This document shows, piece by piece, positions 62,601 through 64,000 of a DNA stretch of 64,000 bases. A program made the position numbers and the translations under genes. Below the pieces are notes generated by a model, which made no database searches, was not told where the DNA came from, and worked only from the letters and a program-made list of their open reading frames with translations. Positions within the stretch are counted from its first letter, which is position 1; every line of letters begins with the position of its first letter. Source of the DNA: Anolis carolinensis (Eukaryota); NCBI RefSeq assembly GCF_035594765.1, contig NC_085846.1, positions 68,187,190 to 68,251,189 on the forward strand, given 5' to 3'.

Positions 62601-62658
62601 TACATTGAAAGGAGCCAGCAAAATAGACTCTTTGGGCAACAAAGCTGCCAGAAAAGAG
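18480..62658 (+). CDS. ACAD11: Acyl-CoA dehydrogenase family member 11 (APH-like kinase domain + ACAD domain), exons 1-18; 3' end beyond the window
   Basis: Eighteen exons splice in frame (2106 nt, 702 codons). Kinase motifs [23 protein letters not shown] motifs [45 protein letters not shown]. Head-to-head with UBA5 and hosting ACKR4, as in mammals. Confidence 0.95.
18629..18785 (-). mobile_element. hAT transposase fragment, same family as 30392-31132
   Basis: Clearly similar to 30492-30610; minus-strand remnant [20 protein letters not shown]... Confidence 0.65.
19822..19900 (-). mobile_element. 5S rRNA-derived SINE fragment / 5S pseudogene
   Basis: Minus strand GATCTTGGAAGCTCAGCAGG...CCTGGTTAGTACTTGGATGGGAGAC matches the 5S internal control region; truncated and diverged. 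Confidence 0.7.
22202..22301 (+). CDS. ACAD11: ACAD11 exon 2
   Basis: [33 protein letters not shown]. Confidence 0.93.
23430..23555 (+). CDS. ACAD11: ACAD11 exon 3
   Basis: [42 protein letters not shown]. Confidence 0.95.
24690..25490 (+). mobile_element. L2-like LINE 3' fragment, degenerate
   Basis: YADDT-like motif near 24768; [17 protein letters not shown]; RLWNxLP-type tail. Confidence 0.7.
25584..25745 (+). CDS. ACAD11: ACAD11 exon 4
   Basis: [33 protein letters not shown]...GYCRRQ. Confidence 0.95.
26546..26710 (+). CDS. ACAD11: ACAD11 exon 5
   Basis: [19 protein letters not shown]...[16 protein letters not shown]. Confidence 0.95.
27594..27732 (+). CDS. ACAD11: ACAD11 exon 6
   Basis: [23 protein letters not shown]... 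Confidence 0.93.
27830..28370 (+). mobile_element. L2-like LINE 3' end
   Basis: [36 protein letters not shown] followed by the conserved 3' stem-loop tail. Confidence 0.7.
29012..29133 (+). CDS. ACAD11: ACAD11 exon 7
   Basis: [40 protein letters not shown]. Confidence 0.93.
29751..29857 (+). CDS. ACAD11: ACAD11 exon 8
   Basis: [35 protein letters not shown]. Confidence 0.93.
30392..31132 (-). mobile_element. Internally deleted hAT transposon with transposase remnant
   Basis: 8-bp TSD TGCACATC (30384-30391, 31133-31140); termini CAGGCCCATA...TACAGGCTTG; minus-strand remnant [16 protein letters not shown]...NGNFRALL...SGD resembles the DUF4371 region of hAT transposases. Confidence 0.75.
31413..31539 (+). 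CDS. ACAD11: ACAD11 exon 9
   Basis: [42 protein letters not shown]. Confidence 0.9.
32840..32917 (+). CDS. ACAD11: ACAD11 exon 10
   Basis: [26 protein letters not shown]. Confidence 0.9.
34664..35190 (-). mobile_element. Penelope-like element fragment nested in a mariner/Tigger-type MITE (about 34376-35330)
   Basis: Minus-strand [30 protein letters not shown] (GIY-YIG endonuclease C-terminus); flanking inverted repeats at about 34376 and 35330. Confidence 0.75.
35586..35724 (+). CDS. ACAD11: ACAD11 exon 11
   Basis: [46 protein letters not shown]. Confidence 0.95.
35828..35935 (+). CDS. ACAD11: ACAD11 exon 12 (followed by a GC donor)
   Basis: [35 protein letters not shown]; donor ACAG|GCAATT. 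Confidence 0.92.
37572..38501 (-). mobile_element. 3' end of a non-LTR element (Vingi/RTE-like) split by the CR1 insertion
   Basis: (TAAA)n tail at 37572-37585; minus-strand C-terminal Cys/His motif [17 protein letters not shown]; the two halves join across the CR1. Confidence 0.6.
37610..38305 (+). mobile_element. CR1 LINE, 5'-truncated (ORF2 C-terminus + 3' tail)
   Basis: [18 protein letters not shown]...[13 protein letters not shown]...VQRRATKMI...; ends in (ATTCTATG)n repeats. Confidence 0.92.
38834..38932 (+). CDS. ACAD11: ACAD11 exon 13
   Basis: [32 protein letters not shown]. Confidence 0.95.
41231..41644. mobile_element. Tigger/mariner-type MITE
   Basis: TIR CAGTGTTCCCTCA ... TGAGGGAACACTG. 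Confidence 0.75.
41695..42105. mobile_element. Penelope-like terminal fragments in inverted orientation
   Basis: 41695-41950 is homologous to 34664-34880; about 41952-42105 is its reverse complement; a further copy lies at 58293-58435. Confidence 0.75.
43340..43650 (+). mobile_element. RTE/BovB-like LINE 3' fragment
   Basis: Degenerate ORF C-terminus and (CAA)n tail; a related minus-strand fragment lies at about 60290-60500. Confidence 0.55.
43854..44921 (-). CDS. ACKR4: Atypical chemokine receptor 4 (CCRL1/CCX-CKR), single coding exon, 355 aa, nested antisense in ACAD11 intron 13
   Basis: 7TM chemokine-receptor ORF with an acidic Tyr-rich N-terminus ([10 protein letters not shown]), C-x-KEEVR, GNSLVI, LAIADLL, TLPFW, DRYNAI and HSCLNPLLY. 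Probable start MESATN (44921) lies 8 nt after a splice acceptor (CCAG|CTTCTTCCATG). The nested position matches mammalian ACKR4. Confidence 0.93.
   Translation of the reverse strand: MESATNPSELYYDSYYDESNATVDYALHEMLCLKEEVRTFNKSFLPAFYSIAFLIGLPGNSLVIAIYAYIKKLKTRTDVYIMHLAIADLLLLFTLPFWATNAVHGWVFSNPLCKITTAIYTMTFSVSMQFLAWISVDRYNAIVKSPSQQRTTKLCSKICFFVWMAGTFLCLPDLIFNQVKEFHGKIACVSTFPESLSKIIKVTIEVGEMALCFVLPFFIMLTCYSAVARALFKSPSVKKTQPLKVLAAVVSVFIVTQLPYNVIKLWRAIDIIYPLITNCKASKAMDVAFEVTNSIALFHSCLNPLLYFFMGASLKMHMVKLAKRYGYWRRQQNIPPEEIPMDYEESAEQTSSLII
49629..49695 (+). CDS. ACAD11: ACAD11 exon 14
   Basis: [21 protein letters not shown]. Confidence 0.92.
50356..50441 (+). CDS. ACAD11: ACAD11 exon 15
   Basis: [28 protein letters not shown]. 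Confidence 0.95.
51768..51982. mobile_element. Tigger-type MITE
   Basis: Termini CAGATTGAGCATCCC ... GGGATACTCCAACTG; TA flanks. Confidence 0.65.
52759..53705 (-). repeat. 3' LTR (947 bp)
   Basis: Direct repeat of 57143-58089; preceded on the element strand by the purine-rich tract at 53706-53716. Confidence 0.93.
53880..57040 (-). CDS. Retrotransposon gag-protease-integrase polyprotein (probable ATG 57040; frameshift at the (GA)7 run 56880-56893; RT/RH deleted)
   Basis: Capsid/SCAN-like region about 56160-56640; [14 protein letters not shown] 55953-55994; RDTGS near 55740; HDSPQGGH...CQSCDTC about 55030-55150; GIDIIGP / SDLGTQF / HPQTNGLVE core; WTGPW near 54230; ends in the RNase H tail [21 protein letters not shown]. 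Confidence 0.88.
57143..58089 (-). repeat. 5' LTR (947 bp)
   Basis: Direct repeat of 52759-53705 with about 6 substitutions by eye; element-sense AATAAA near 57553; GC box and X-box-like motif near 57915-57937. Confidence 0.93.
58869..58940 (+). CDS. ACAD11: ACAD11 exon 16
   Basis: [23 protein letters not shown]. Confidence 0.95.
60947..61570. mobile_element. Tigger-type MITE; second copy at about 63035-63550
   Basis: CAGGCAGTCCC...GACTTAC/TAAATGAC head shared by both copies. Confidence 0.65.
61902..62056 (+). CDS. ACAD11: ACAD11 exon 17
   Basis: [51 protein letters not shown]. Confidence 0.95.
62542..62658 (+). CDS. ACAD11: ACAD11 exon 18
   Basis: [39 protein letters not shown]; donor GAG|GTAAC. 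Confidence 0.95.
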
Positions 62659-63324
62659 GTAACAGAATTATGTGTCTAAGTGCAAAGGGACGGGAGGAGA
62701 ATTCTATTGCCCAAGTTGAGAACGGAAAGGATTGTCGGGCTTCATAACCACCTCTGAGCAATATAGGCCTAAATCCTATTGGTTAATCCTGATTAGCATA
62801 GACCCATTGAATCGCGTCCTGAGTGGTGAGTCCAAAACATATGCAATGTCTAGTGATTCAGTGGATCTGCTCAGGTTGGGACTATCAATAGCCTATAGGC
62901 CACAACAGGTTGGATCCATAAAGTGGGCCTATTGAAATGCAAAGAACTTTAGTAATGAGTAAGGTAAAACTCATTTATAGGTTTACTCACATCTGAATCT
63001 AACTCATAATTTTTAAATTACAAATGAGTAAATGCAGGCAGTCCCAGAGTTTGAAATATCTGACTTATAAATGACTCACAGTTAAGAACGGGGGTGAGAT
63101 GACACGAAGTGTAAGAAATCTAACCCTCTTCACTCCTGAAAGAGTTATCATGGGGAAAAGGGGTCTCCGCTGAAGCTTTCTCACTAATCTTTAGTTCACA
63201 GCAAGCCAAATTTTTTAAAAATGCAGTTAACACAGGGACAGAAAGTGAACTAAAATCTCCTGAACAGAGGCACAGACAGCAAAACAAACACCACAGGGGT
63301 GTGAAGCCTTCTATTTGCTTCCTC

Positions 63325-63470
63325 TCCTCTCTCTGTGTTTGTATCTGTGTCCGTCTCTGTGTTTGTCTGTCTTTGTGTCTGTCTGCCTGCGTGTCTGCCC
63401 GTGTGTCTGTCTGTCTGTGTGTGTGTCTCTGTCTTTGTCTGTCTGTGTATGGTTGTGTCTGTCTTGTCTG
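63325..63470. repeat. Compound (TG)/(TC)/(TGTC) microsatellite
   Basis: Visible low-complexity run; other simple repeats are a G-run+(GA)n at 20291-20332, (CA)n at 47593-47621 and AT-rich sequence at 19000-19300. Confidence 0.9.
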
Positions 63471-64000
63471 TTGCCAGAATGGTCCCCTTCCTGCTGCCCT
63501 TCTGACAGCAGGTTAAAAACTTTTTTGCTTACATACAAATCGTGGTGACTGCCTTTAATTGTAATGGTTTCATGTTATTCGAAGGTACATATTTCTCTTT
63601 CTGTCCACTTTATGCGTGAAAAACCCCTTCTCAGACCAACCAAGGGGTGGGAGTGCCTGCTCCCAAACTTTGGAATCCTGTCTTGAGAGAGACCCTTGCT
63701 CTTCTGGTATTTTTATGCCATCAGGCTTTTATAAGAAGCATAGGCAGAGTGTCTGAAAATATACTTTACAATTTCAACTGACACTCCCCCCCCCCCCCCC
63801 CCCCCGGTATCCGCAGATTCTGCATTCACTGATTCAATTATCCATGGCTTAAAATATGTTTTAAGAATCCAAAAAGGAATCTTCATTGTGTCCATTTTAT
63901 TTAGTGTACACCTTTTAACTACTTGACTGTATATAATGGGATTTGTGCATCCAGACGTTGATATTCACAAAATGTCCTGAAACCAAACCCTAACAGATAT

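Noticed and set aside
63301-63548. Cys/Val-rich short ORFs
   Set aside because: Artefacts of a compound microsatellite.

Overview
Vertebrate genomic DNA, very likely a squamate and probably an Anolis-type lizard, judging from Sauria SINEs, CR1/L2/RTE LINEs, Penelope fragments and hAT/Tc1-mariner MITEs. It covers the conserved UBA5-ACAD11-ACKR4 locus. UBA5 is complete on the minus strand (12 coding exons, 14629->2090, 404 aa). ACAD11 lies head-to-head on the plus strand (exons 1-18 present, 18480-62658, 702 codons; the 3' exons lie beyond the window), with a GC-AG intron 12. ACKR4/CCRL1 has a single coding exon nested antisense in ACAD11 intron 13. The most unusual object is a young 5.3-kb Gypsy LTR element in ACAD11 intron 15 (52759-58089, minus strand; two 947-bp LTRs differing at about 6 positions by eye). 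It has the Gmr1-type domain order, with a SCAN-like capsid, CCHC knuckle, protease and complete integrase, but RT and nearly all of RNase H are removed by an in-frame deletion. Its LTRs carry a tandem array of tRNA-Leu primer-binding-site-like modules. It has no target-site duplication and sits inside a hAT MITE bounded by an 8-bp TSD. All coordinates were read by eye; repeat family names come from recognition, not from database searches.
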